Positions 11,087 through 21,700 of a stretch of 64,000 nt of DNA are shown piece by piece; position 1 is the first letter of the stretch, and every line of letters begins with the position of its first letter. This stretch comes from Obrimoposthia wandeli. Taxonomy: Eukaryota. The notes beneath the pieces are model-generated. The model was not told the DNA's origin. It saw nothing but the letters and a program-made list of their open reading frames with translations, and did not search any database. The stretch covers positions 682,001 to 746,000 of the forward strand of contig CDROCS010000122.1 of assembly GCA_977020255.1 (NCBI GenBank), written 5' to 3'. The translations under genes were made by a program, and so were the position numbers.

Positions 11087-11740
11087 GTGTCTAGTCCTAC
11101 TTTGACTAATAAGATTATGGAAGTTATACGACAAGATATTCTGCTTGGAGAGCTTTCTCCGGGCCAAAAGCTTGTCGTTGCCGACTTGAAAGCACGCTAT
11201 AACGTCGGAGCCTCACCCATTCGCGAAGCGCTGGTTCAATTATCATGGAAGAAATACGTCAAATTCGCCCCTCAAAAAGGCTGCTGGGTTGCACCTATTT
11301 CGGTAGATGAACTTGAAGATCTGTTTGAGACTAACCTGATTTTATCCCGCGTATTATTAGAACGAGCAATCATCAATGGTGACGAGGCATGGGAACTCAA
11401 TATTCTCACTACCTATCATAAGTTAAGCAAAATAAACCCTGCGGCATCAGATGTTGATTTTACAGAATGGGAAAATCGGCACAGTGAATTCCACCTTGCT
11501 TTACTTGCCGGTAGCCAATCACCAGTAATGCTGGAACTATATCGTGAAGTTTATGAGCAAATTGAACGTTACCGCCACGTTTGGGTAAGCCGCAATCGCC
11601 ACTTTGAAGAACGTTATCATGATAATGGTGAACATGAAGTGATGATGAAAGCAGTGCTAGGACGAGATACACAACGGGCTCTCGACTTACTGAATAATCA
11701 CTTTAAGCGAGCTGTCGAAATCATTAAGGCATACATCTAA
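11087..11740 (+). CDS. GntR-family (FCD) transcriptional regulator, CsiR/GlaR-like
   Basis: wHTH GASPIREAL; FCD domain W...H..FH.ALL and H..MMKAVL.RD; GTG start with SD GAGAGG. Confidence 0.88.
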   Translation: MSSPTLTNKIMEVIRQDILLGELSPGQKLVVADLKARYNVGASPIREALVQLSWKKYVKFAPQKGCWVAPISVDELEDLFETNLILSRVLLERAIINGDEAWELNILTTYHKLSKINPAASDVDFTEWENRHSEFHLALLAGSQSPVMLELYREVYEQIERYRHVWVSRNRHFEERYHDNGEHEVMMKAVLGRDTQRALDLLNNHFKRAVEIIKAYI

Positions 11741-11778
11741 TTCTTATATCGATTGCCATTTAACGGACACCGATAGAT

Positions 11779-11805
11779 AAAGCTCGATCGCCATGATCGA
11801 GCTTT
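11779..11805. terminator. Hairpin between the convergent GntR gene and small ORF, likely bidirectional terminator
   Basis: AAAGCTCGATC-GCCAT-GATCGAGCTTT. Confidence 0.75.
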
Positions 11806-11849
11806 CTACAAACATACTTCACCACCGTCGCATACATTCATCAAATAGA

Positions 11850-11981
11850 CTACCAACCAAAGATTTCCTTATGATGCGTATTCAGCAGAAGTACTGCGAG
11901 TAGAAAATAAATTGCACTCACCTTAAAGCCAAGTATCAATAAACACAGACTCATAAATCGCACTAGAAATTTGTTTACCAT
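11850..11981 (-). CDS. Unannotated 43-aa hydrophobic small protein MVNKFLVRFMSLCLLILGFKVSAIYFLLAVLLLNTHHKEIFGW
   Basis: ATG at 11981 with GAGGAGG 7 nt upstream; TAG at 11850-11852; own hairpin downstream; below the ORF-track length cut-off. Confidence 0.75.
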   Translation of the reverse strand: MVNKFLVRFMSLCLLILGFKVSAIYFLLAVLLLNTHHKEIFGW

Positions 11982-12087
11982 TATCAATCCTCCTCTATAA
12001 GCAAGAATCCTTTCGCACTAACCTTTCCGCACTCCATACATTAGGCTATAGATATTCAGTACCAACACCAAATCAATGCAGCCCTAT

Positions 12088-12107
12088 TATTAGACTTTAG
12101 TCTAATA
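12088..12107. promoter_or_regulatory. Operator-like palindrome upstream of the small ORF
   Basis: TATTAGACT-TT-AGTCTAATA, perfect 9-bp arms. Confidence 0.55.
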
Positions 12108-12195
12108 CCCATGTTTTGAGCACTGTTTGTATACTGGTCTCTCTTCTACCTTGTCGGTGATAAAAACTCACTTTCACATGACTATAACTAACAAG

Positions 12196-12240
12196 AAAAA
12201 AATAAGCCCGATATAGGGTTTACCTACATCGAGCTTATTT
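12196..12240 (-). terminator. ilvIH terminator
   Basis: AAATAAGC-C-CGAT...ATCG-A-GCTTATTT with an A run that gives a U tract on the minus strand. Confidence 0.7.
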
Positions 12241-12258
12241 AGTACGTCTAATTTAATG

Positions 12259-12756
12259 TTATGCTTTTAGTGCGCGCTCTCCACGAGCAATACCGACAAC
12301 ACCACTCCGTGCTACTTCAACAATATCTGTAGCCTCACTAACTGCAGCAATGAATGCATCTAACTTTTCACTCGTGCCTGCTAGCTGAATAGTGTAAATT
12401 TGGCTTGTAACATCAACAATTTGACCGCGAAAAATATCTGCCGTACGTTTCACTTCAGCACGGGCAAAACCACTCGCTTTCACCTTAACTAACATTAGCT
12501 CTCGCTCTAAATGTTCAGCTTCGGTTACATTACTCACTTTCAAAATATCAATTAGCTTATGTAATTGCTTCTCAATTTGTTCATAAACAGCATCATCTTC
12601 AACATGAGTCGTAATGTTTAAACGGGATAATGTTGAGTCGTCTGTCGGTGCAACAGTCAGTGTTTCAATGTTATAGCCACGCTGAGAGAACAGACCAACA
12701 ACTCGAGAAAGTGCGCCGGGTTCATTTTCTAGTAATACCGATATAATTCTGCGCAT
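12259..12756 (-). CDS. ilvH: Acetolactate synthase III small (regulatory) subunit
   Basis: [22 protein letters not shown] domain; start at 12756 forms a TAATG overlap with the ilvI stop. Confidence 0.96.
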   Translation of the reverse strand: MRRIISVLLENEPGALSRVVGLFSQRGYNIETLTVAPTDDSTLSRLNITTHVEDDAVYEQIEKQLHKLIDILKVSNVTEAEHLERELMLVKVKASGFARAEVKRTADIFRGQIVDVTSQIYTIQLAGTSEKLDAFIAAVSEATDIVEVARSGVVGIARGERALKA

Positions 12757-14474
12757 TATGTTCTCTCCGTTTTGCTTAACCACATTTCGCTCATTGAACC
12801 ACCACGGATCAACATTGGATATACATGCTCGGTTTCATCAATACTAATATCAACGAACACCAACTTATCTTTCATGGCTAGCGCTTTTTCCAGCTCACTA
12901 TCCAGTTTCGCTGGATCTGAAATACGCACCCCAACATGTCCGTAAGCTTCTGCGATTGCAGCAAAATCAGGCACTGAATCCATGTACGAATGTGAGTGAC
13001 GACCTTGATAAATCATATCTTGCCACTGCTTAACCATACCAAGAAAGCGGTTATTTAAGTTAATGATTTTAACTGGGATATCGTACTGAAGTGCCGTTGA
13101 TAACTCTTGAATATTCATCTGAATACTGCCGTCGCCAGTCACACAAACGACTTCTGCATCAGGCAAGGCAAATTTCACCCCCATGGCAGCAGGAAGACCA
13201 AAGCCCATGGTGCCGAGACCGCCCGAATTAATCCAACGACGTGGTTTATCAAAAGGATAATACAATGCAGCAAACATCTGGTGTTGACCAACATCAGAGG
13301 CAACATATGCATCGCCATTGGTTAGTTTATAAAGTGATTCAATAACCTGCTGAGGCTTAATACGTTCGTTATTGGTTTCATAACTTAAACACTTACGTGA
13401 ACGCCATGACTCAAGATCTGCCCACCAACTCGCAATCGCCTCTTGATCATTACTGCTCTCTTGCTCATCGAGCATTTTAAGCATGCAATCTAGAACCGTT
13501 TCAGCAGAGCCTACAATTGGAATATCCACCGCGATTGTTTTTGAGATAGAAGATGGATCGATATCGATATGCATGATCGTGGCATTTGGACAATATTTAT
13601 CAACATTGTTCGTGGTTCGATCATCAAAACGAACACCAATACCAAAGATCAAATCTGCATTATGCATCGCCATGTTAGCTTCGTATGTACCGTGCATGCC
13701 TAACATGCCAAGACAGTTTTTATGCGTACCCGGAAACGCGCCTAACCCCATCAGTGTATTAACGACAGGAAGATTCAACGATTCTGCTAATTTTAAGATT
13801 TGCTGATCACATTCAGAGATAACAGCACCGCCACCAACATACAGAACAGGCTTCTTCGCAGATAATAGTGCTTTTAGGCCACGTTTAATCTGACCTTTGT
13901 GCCCTTGCGTTGTTGGGTTATACGAACGCATCGCAATCGATTCTGGGTAGTGATAAGGGAAGGTTTCAGCCGGATTAAGCATATCTTTAGGGATATCGAT
14001 AACAACTGGGCCAGGGCGACCACTAGAGGCTATATAAAATGCTTTCTTGATGATCTCAGGGATATCTTGAGCTTTTTTAACTAAGAAACTGTGCTTCACA
14101 ACAGGGCGAGAAATACCCACCATGTCACACTCTTGGAAGGCATCATTACCAATCAAGTTACTCATAACCTGACCAGAGAAAACAACCATAGGAATAGAAT
14201 CCATGTAGGCGGTCGCAATACCCGTGATTGCATTCGTCGCACCAGGACCTGATGTAACGAGCACGACACCTACATCACCTGTAGCACGTGCATAACCATC
14301 TGCCATGTGTACAGCGGCTTGCTCGTGGCGGACGAGTACGTGTTCGATATCACTCTTCTCATGCAGAGCATCGTAAATATCAAGTACTGAGCCACCAGGG
14401 TATCCGAAGATATGCTTTACGCCTTGATCGATCATTGAACGAACGATCATGTCTGCGCCAGACAACATTTCCAT
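12756..14474 (-). CDS. ilvI: Acetolactate synthase III large subunit
   Basis: [25 protein letters not shown] ThDP motif. Confidence 0.97.
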   Translation of the reverse strand: MEMLSGADMIVRSMIDQGVKHIFGYPGGSVLDIYDALHEKSDIEHVLVRHEQAAVHMADGYARATGDVGVVLVTSGPGATNAITGIATAYMDSIPMVVFSGQVMSNLIGNDAFQECDMVGISRPVVKHSFLVKKAQDIPEIIKKAFYIASSGRPGPVVIDIPKDMLNPAETFPYHYPESIAMRSYNPTTQGHKGQIKRGLKALLSAKKPVLYVGGGAVISECDQQILKLAESLNLPVVNTLMGLGAFPGTHKNCLGMLGMHGTYEANMAMHNADLIFGIGVRFDDRTTNNVDKYCPNATIMHIDIDPSSISKTIAVDIPIVGSAETVLDCMLKMLDEQESSNDQEAIASWWADLESWRSRKCLSYETNNERIKPQQVIESLYKLTNGDAYVASDVGQHQMFAALYYPFDKPRRWINSGGLGTMGFGLPAAMGVKFALPDAEVVCVTGDGSIQMNIQELSTALQYDIPVKIINLNNRFLGMVKQWQDMIYQGRHSHSYMDSVPDFAAIAEAYGHVGVRISDPAKLDSELEKALAMKDKLVFVDISIDETEHVYPMLIRGGSMSEMWLSKTERT

Positions 14475-14983
14475 ATTCTGTCTCCAGGTTGATTACACCC
14501 TCCCGTATAGCGAATTACTTTCAAAACAATTTTTTACTATTGACGAAAACGACTACGACATCCTATTAGAAATGCTGTAACGGTAATCGCACTGTAAAGC
14601 CTGTTTATGGTGTAAATAATGAGCTATACGGGCTGATATAACATAGTTAGGGCTTATTTTTAGCCTAAATTGAAATCATCATTTTTTCATTCTATGCGAA
14701 CGACCACTATCAATAACAAGTTGCCGTTACCCGCAACAACTGTAACGCTTTTTTAGCAATTAAGTCTATCGGTGAAAGTGACTTCACATCATTGCTCTAT
14801 AAGTTAGTTAATTTCACTGTGTTCATGTCAATTAACGATCTAAAAACAGGCCTTATAAACTGCAATGAGTTATAAATTTAGTGATTAACGCTTTTGGGAA
14901 AGTTGTTCGGGGAATAAGATATTGAAAAAATGAGTCGTATCGCAGAGGGGCTGTTTATTCAGTTACCATAACGCAGACACAAT

Positions 14984-15005
14984 AAAGGAGCCTTTCGGCT
15001 CCTTT
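14984..15005 (-). terminator. Terminator of the acyl-CoA ligase gene
   Basis: AAAGGAGCC-TTTC-GGCTCCTTT. Confidence 0.85.
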
Positions 15006-15025
15006 ATGTGAATAAATAATGGCGT

Positions 15026-16840
15026 TTACTTGTTGGCTTTTCGATGGCTCTCTTCGTACATACGCTCAATTTCTTGATGGTAGCGATCATGAATCACTTT
15101 ACGACGCAATTTTTGCGTTGGTGTAAGTTCACCTTTATCCATCGAGAAAGCCTTAGGTAGCAAGGTGATTTTTTTTACTTGCTCAAACCGTGCTAAATCT
15201 TTTTGTAACTCTACAACACGCTTTTCAATCAGCTCAACAATTTGGCTATTTTTAACCAATTCAAGACGGTCTTTATACTTAATATTCAACTCTCGAGCGT
15301 GCTCTTCTAGAGTATCAAAACAAGGGACAATCAAGGCAGATACAAATTTTCGGGTATCTGCAATAACAGCGATTTGCTCAATGAAATGATCTTTACCGAT
15401 AGCACCCTCAATCACTTGTGGTGCAATGTATTTACCACCAGATGTTTTCATCAAATCTTTAATACGGTCGGTAATAAATAAGTTACCTTGCTCATCAAAA
15501 TGACCCGCATCACCAGTTTTGAGAAAACCGTCTTCGGTGAAGATATTCGCTGTTTCTTCGGGCATATTATAATAGCCACGCATCACCATAGGGCCACGCA
15601 CGAGTATTTCGTTACTCTCACCGATCTTAATTTCAGCACCGGGCATAGCCATACCAATTGAATCAGGATTAAAACACTGATCATCCCAGCACGATACTGT
15701 TGCCGTTGTCTCGGTCATACCGTAACCCAGTTTCACGTTAATCCCAATGGCATGGAAAAAGCGACCAATGCCTTCATCCAGTTTTGCACCACCACATGGC
15801 ATGAACTTGATGTTCCCGCCCAGAATATCGCGTAATTTTGCTAACACGAGCTTATTGGCAAGGTTGTGACTCATGGTGAGTAATTTCGACGGTTGACGGT
15901 GTTCTTGATGACATACCGCCATACGTGCCCCCATATTCACCGCCCAAGTAAAGATCAATTTACGGTGAAAGGGTGCGCGAGATACTTTGTCGTGTACTGC
16001 CGAGTAAATTTTTTCATAGACACGTGGAACAGCAGCCATCACATTGGGTTTAACATCTGCTAATGCTTCTTTTAGCTTATTAGTATCCGTTAAGTAATGG
16101 TTTACCGCACCACGGTGCAGAGCATAAAACGTCCATGCACGTTCAAATACATGTGATAAAGGCAGAAAGCATAAAGACGTATCGCCTTCATCTAACGACA
16201 GATTCTTATCATGCCCGACTAACTGAGCTGCAATGTTAGCGTAATCTAGCATTACACCTTTTGGCGTACCTGTTGTGCCTGAAGTATAAATCAGCGTCAA
16301 CAAGTCATCCATCGCGGTATCATTAAGACGCTGCTGAAGCTCAGCTTCCAGTTCTGGAGTTGCAACACAAAGAAAGTCATTAAAGCAGCAGACGAGTGGA
16401 TTATCAGGCAGCACCAAATCATCAGATAAAGTGACAATCCGCTCTAATTTCGGACACTCTTCAGCAATATCAACCGCGACATCAAGTTGTGCTTGTTCGC
16501 CAACAAATAAGATACGGACATCGGCATCATTAAGCACATACGCTGCTTGCTGAGCTGTATTCGTCGGATAGATAGGAACAGTAACGCAACGGTTATAAAG
16601 CGCGGCAAAGTCAGTCACCGTCCAACGGGGCATATTGTTAGAGAAAATGGCGACTTTATCTTGGACATTCATACCATGGGCCAGCATTGCAATTGCTAGT
16701 TGCTGGATCTGCTCACCAAACTCATTCCAAGTTATATCTTGCCATTGTTCCTGTGCCTGATGACGCAAAGCAACCTTGTCGCCTAAACGAGCAACTTGGG
16801 TACGAATTCGGTTTACTATATGAAAGTCGTGTTCAGCCAT
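15026..16840 (-). CDS. Long-chain fatty acid--CoA ligase (AMP-dependent synthetase, FAA1-like)
   Basis: [24 protein letters not shown] and [11 protein letters not shown] motifs. Confidence 0.92.
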   Translation of the reverse strand: MAEHDFHIVNRIRTQVARLGDKVALRHQAQEQWQDITWNEFGEQIQQLAIAMLAHGMNVQDKVAIFSNNMPRWTVTDFAALYNRCVTVPIYPTNTAQQAAYVLNDADVRILFVGEQAQLDVAVDIAEECPKLERIVTLSDDLVLPDNPLVCCFNDFLCVATPELEAELQQRLNDTAMDDLLTLIYTSGTTGTPKGVMLDYANIAAQLVGHDKNLSLDEGDTSLCFLPLSHVFERAWTFYALHRGAVNHYLTDTNKLKEALADVKPNVMAAVPRVYEKIYSAVHDKVSRAPFHRKLIFTWAVNMGARMAVCHQEHRQPSKLLTMSHNLANKLVLAKLRDILGGNIKFMPCGGAKLDEGIGRFFHAIGINVKLGYGMTETTATVSCWDDQCFNPDSIGMAMPGAEIKIGESNEILVRGPMVMRGYYNMPEETANIFTEDGFLKTGDAGHFDEQGNLFITDRIKDLMKTSGGKYIAPQVIEGAIGKDHFIEQIAVIADTRKFVSALIVPCFDTLEEHARELNIKYKDRLELVKNSQIVELIEKRVVELQKDLARFEQVKKITLLPKAFSMDKGELTPTQKLRRKVIHDRYHQEIERMYEESHRKANK

Positions 16841-16857
16841 AACTACCTATCCATTTT

Positions 16858-16875
16858 AGCTTACACTTGTAAGCT
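16858..16875. promoter_or_regulatory. FabR-type operator
   Basis: AGCTTACA-CT-TGTAAGCT perfect 8-bp arms, 17 bp upstream of the ligase start; resembles E. coli FabR sites (AGCGTACA-NN-TGTACGCT). Confidence 0.7.
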
Positions 16876-17156
16876 CACTTGAGTTTTGAAGTCTACAGTT
16901 GGTGTAAAAAAAGGCAACCATAAAGGAGTATATTTTATCTTTTATGTTATTTTGATCTCTGTAGTAACCCTTGTCAGTACAGGCTTTATACGAGTTTTTA
17001 ATAGAAATTAAACAAGTGTAAGAAAGTGCAACAAACTAAGAATATAAGCCGACGTTAAAACACAGCGTGAGATTCATTGTTCATTTAAGTTTAGCGGGTA
17101 TGCAGAGATAGAAATAAGATGAAATAGTGATTACGATCGGCTGTTAATAATAAAAT

Positions 17157-17181
17157 AAAAAACCGACTTTCGTCGGCTTTA
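17157..17181 (-). terminator. leuO terminator
   Basis: AAAAAACCGAC-TTTC-GTCGGCTTT. Confidence 0.75.
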
Positions 17182-17202
17182 TATATTCAGAAAAAAGCAA
17201 TA

Positions 17203-18159
17203 TTAAGCAGTCGTATCGCCACAAATACTTAATAACTGATCACGCATCCAGATATGCCCTTTATCTTTTTGTGAAGACTCATGCCAGCTTAAGTAACCAC
17301 TTACTGTTGCAGACTCAAAGGGTAGAGGCAACACTTTAAGTTGTAGGTTTGTAGCAACCGATTCAGCTAGCCAACGAGGTGCTATAGCAACCAATTCTGA
17401 CTGACCAACAACATACATGATATTGCTTAAGCTAGCGCCTTGGTATGCTTGCTGACAAGAAACCTGCTTATTATAAATATGATCTGCAAACATCTTCACA
17501 CCAGGCATCGATTTTAATACCGCGTGCATTTCTGATGTAAATTCTTCTTCTGAAATACTGTCGCCAATACGTGGGTGGTTACCAGCAGCAATCACAACAA
17601 GTTCATCACTGAATAATTCTGTACTACAGAAACCTGGTTCATCAAACCGCACGTAATCAATAACAAAATCGATTTCTTGATAACGCATTTTCTGTGTTAA
17701 TTCTGCGTCCAATTCCGCTTCAAGCTGCACACGAATACTCGGAGCTTGTTCTGTTACATCACGGAAAATACGAGGCGCAAAACGCATATCTGATGGGCTG
17801 CATAGCGCCAGTTTAAAAGTACGCGTTGACGTTTCTGGCGAAAAAATTGACGACGGTAATTCATTTTTCACTAATTGCAGTGCTTGGCGAACAGGACCAA
17901 ATAATTGCTTTGCACGTTGTGTTGGCTGAATTCCACGTCCATGACGAATAAAGAGTTCATCGTTAAACATGACCTTAAGACGCGCAACCGCATTACTGAC
18001 TGCAGGTTGAGACATACCTAAATTATGGGCCGCTCTAGTAATGTTTTGCTCTTGCATAACAGCATCAAAAACAGTCAACAAATTAAGGTCAACACTTCTT
18101 AAATTTGATTCCATTTTATAACTATCAGCAGGGTGAATAGAAGAGCTTCTACGCGTCAT
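17203..18159 (-). CDS. leuO: LysR-family regulator LeuO
   Basis: LRSVDLNLLTVFDAVMQEQNITRAAHNLGMSQPAVSNAV; position between the ligase and leu genes; SD AGAGG. Confidence 0.92.
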   Translation of the reverse strand: MTRRSSSIHPADSYKMESNLRSVDLNLLTVFDAVMQEQNITRAAHNLGMSQPAVSNAVARLKVMFNDELFIRHGRGIQPTQRAKQLFGPVRQALQLVKNELPSSIFSPETSTRTFKLALCSPSDMRFAPRIFRDVTEQAPSIRVQLEAELDAELTQKMRYQEIDFVIDYVRFDEPGFCSTELFSDELVVIAAGNHPRIGDSISEEEFTSEMHAVLKSMPGVKMFADHIYNKQVSCQQAYQGASLSNIMYVVGQSELVAIAPRWLAESVATNLQLKVLPLPFESATVSGYLSWHESSQKDKGHIWMRDQLLSICGDTTA

Positions 18160-18730
18160 GTTTTGCCTCTAAAAATAAATATACTGGGTGCATTTTTAAT
18201 GCTATCACCTGAACTTTAAGAGCCAATAACTTACTCTCAAATGTGTTTCCCTTAGTAGGGAGACCCACAGTATTATTCAAATAGATTGATGAAACCAATA
18301 CCCAAACATGTGCAAATGTAACCATCCATAAATAAGAATCTAAATTCAGAATACAAATCAATATAATTCATATGGATAAGCACGATCTAAAAAGATCAAA
18401 AATAACTATAATTAATATAAATGTATAATTATAAGCAATAAATACCTCATTTTTACGGATTCAACCACAATTAAAAGTGTCACTTTCATCGCTGCAAAGA
18501 TTCATTAATAAGTGTCCGTTATTAAAGATGAACAATGAAAATGCCAGTTTAGCTGATACTTTTCTGTCATTCTTTCGCTGACGACATCAGGAAAAATAAC
18601 GAGTCTCCAGAGCTGTTTCCATAATTCATCACAGTGATATTACTCCCCCCTCTTGCATCAATCCCCTTTTGCGAATTGATGTAATCGGGGGAGGACAATC
18701 TTCTCGGCTTAAGCTTGTTTTCATTGAGGC

Positions 18731-21700
18731 TTAAGCAGCTAACACTTGGTGTTTTTTCACTAAGCCAAAATCAGCTAAGATGGCGTAAGCCGCAGGTATC
18801 ATGAACAATACCAACAGGGTCGAGGTGAAAATACCAAACACAATGGAAATAACCAAAGGCTGTATCACCTGTGCCTGTAAGCTTGTTTCTAGCAGCAAAG
18901 GCAATAAACCAGCAGCCGTTGTCAGCGACGTTAAAAAGACCGCTCTGAAACGTTCACGACTGGCTTTTACGACGGCATCATGCACTGAATCTCCATCATC
19001 AACATGATGTCGAATGTATTGCACCAGCAAAATTGAATCGTTTACCACAACCCCAGCTAATGATACGAACCCCATAATACTCGGCATACTTAACGCGTGA
19101 CCTAACAACCAATGCCCCCACAACACCCCTATCAAAGCTAATGGAATGGCTAGCAACACAATGAAAGGTTCAAGGTAACTTCGGAACTGAAAGCTAAGTA
19201 TGACAAAGACACCAAAGATCCCTATAGCAAAACCAACCCCCATTGATTGTCCGGTTTCGGCGGTATCTTTTGCCTCGCCTTCAAAATTGAAACGTAAATT
19301 TGGGTATTTCAGTTTTAACTGAGGCATTAAATCAATACGAAATGCTTTTAATATTTCAGTAGAACTCACTTTGCTACTTTCTAAATCTGCAAATACACTC
19401 AAGGTTCGTAAACCATTTACTCGTTGAATTCGAACATAATTTCTTTGATATTCTAATGTTGAGATAGAGGCTAATGGAATTTGGCTTCCATCACTTAACA
19501 TTATTGGAAAGCTTGCTAGAGTTTGTAAATTCGCCGCTTCTTGCTTATCAAACCGTACTTCAACTTCAATATTTTCTGGACCGATTTGGATTTCATCTGC
19601 TGTTTGACCAAAATACGCAGCACGCAATTGGCTTGCAATCATCTGCCCATCAACACCAAAGCTTTCAGCGCCCGGACGCAGCTTCACCAGCACTTCTTGC
19701 TTACCCATTCGCATGTCATCAAGAATGCCAAACACACCATCAAATTGACTGAGGTATTGCTGAATCTCAATAGATGCAGCTTTCAATTCGGTGAGATCAT
19801 CGTTTTGCATCTGAATTTCAACCGCTCGCCCACCAGGCCCCATCACGGGTTGCTTAAACACCAAAGAAACAGGATCGGCAATGGTGCCTATTTCATCTCG
19901 CCACGCAGCAACAAATTCATCGATCACCGTATTTCGAGCTTCTGCACCACGCAAATCTAACCGTACAGTGGCAACATGTGGGCCGCTCTCATCAGCATCT
20001 GGGTTAAAATTATATTGCTCGGTAATATGCTCGACAAGTGCATTACCGCCTTCTTGTTTATCACTCCATTCAACATTGAGTTTTTCAGCAGCGATGACAA
20101 TTGTCTGTACAACCTTTTCAGTTTGAGCCAATGACGAACCGGGCGGTAATATCACCCTCGCTTCTGCAATATCACCATCAAGCTCAGGGAAACCAACAAA
20201 CTTCAGCGCCCCACCAGCCAATAATGACAGCGAAATAAACAGCATGGCGATCACACTGCCTAAGAATAAATAACGCCAACGCACAACCGCTTCAACCGCA
20301 GAAACCAACTGATTATTTCGAAAGGAATCAAACTTATTCAAAAACCACACTTTAAAAGCAATATCGGGTTTTTCATTCTCTTTTTGCTTTTGTAACGAAT
20401 GACTTAGGTGATGCGGTAAAATTAAAAAAGCTTCCACTAGGCTCAGTGTCAGAACCAAAATGAGCACCTGAGGCACCACTTTCAATACCGCCCCCATTTC
20501 TCCTTCAAGAAACAATAAGCTACCGAAAATGCACACCGTGGTTAAATACGATGATAAAACACCAGGGAAAACTTTTTTCACTCCATTTGTCACCGCGTTG
20601 GTGATCGATTGCCCCCGCTCAAGATGCGCTGCAATGGATTCAGCGATCACGATGGCATCATCCATCATGATACCAATTGCCATTAACAAGGCGACTAACG
20701 ACATGATGTTGATGGATAAGCCAAGCCCGGCCATCAGAAATAAGCTACCGAGAAAAGCCACAGGCAAACCAGCTGCAACCCAGAACGAATAGCGGAAAGT
20801 GAAGAACAACCACATGGTGGCAAAAACCAACACAACCCCTTGCCAGCCATTACGTACCATCATGGTAAGACGATCCCATAGCACTGATGACAAGTCATTA
20901 GTCATACTCAGGGTAACCCCTGTTGGTGCTACTTTTCTTTCATCATCAACAAATTGCTGTACACGGTCTTTAATTCGCAACGCATCATCGGCTTTATTTT
21001 TACTAATCTTCAAAATCGCGGATGGCTTGCCATCAAATAAGATCTTTTGTTCATCAAGCTCGAAGCGATCTGTCAGGGTTGCAATATCACCCAGCCGTAA
21101 TACCCCACCCTCGCTATCTGCACCAATAACCGTATTGGCCAAGGCGGTTGGTGTGATCTTTTGCTCATCAAAGCGGATCAATAAATTCTTATCACCTAAC
21201 TCAATATTTCCACTGGGTAACTTTATATTTTGCCGCGCTAAACGATCGGCAATATCACCCACGCTTAATCCAAGTTGACGAATTGCCACCTCTTTTAATT
21301 CAATGCGGATCTGATGATCTGAAAAGCCACCCACCGCAACTAACGACACACCATAATCCAATTTCAGTTTGCGCTTCAGATCTTCGGCGTAGGCTTTTAG
21401 TTGTGGCCAACTGGTATCAGCACTGATCGCCACATCCACAACGGGTTCATTCCAATCCAATTCACGTACGATGGGAGATTCGATTTCATTCGGAAAATCA
21501 TTAATGCCGTTAATCTGAGTTTGTACATCCACTAACATTCGCGATACCACATCACTATTGGTTAATTTCAATACTAGGGATGCCGATCCTTCTACCGCTT
21601 CACAGCGCGTTTCCACGATATTGGATAATCCATCAACCGCATCTTCCATTCGCATACAAATGCTTTCTTCGACTTCTTGGGGCGAAGCGCCAGGATAAAT

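Noticed and set aside
12123-12138. LexA box upstream of the 43-aa ORF
   Set aside because: CTGTTTGTATACTGGT has the left CTGT but lacks the right-hand CAG
14500-14660. Attenuator leader peptide for ilvIH
   Set aside because: Only MLYQPV and MS micro-ORFs have ATG starts; no Ile/Leu/Val-rich peptide and no U-tailed terminator
18386-18400. ToxR box TNAAA-N5-TNAAA upstream of leuO
   Set aside because: Only an imperfect match (TCTAA-AAAGA-TCAAA) in very AT-rich DNA, not distinguishable from chance
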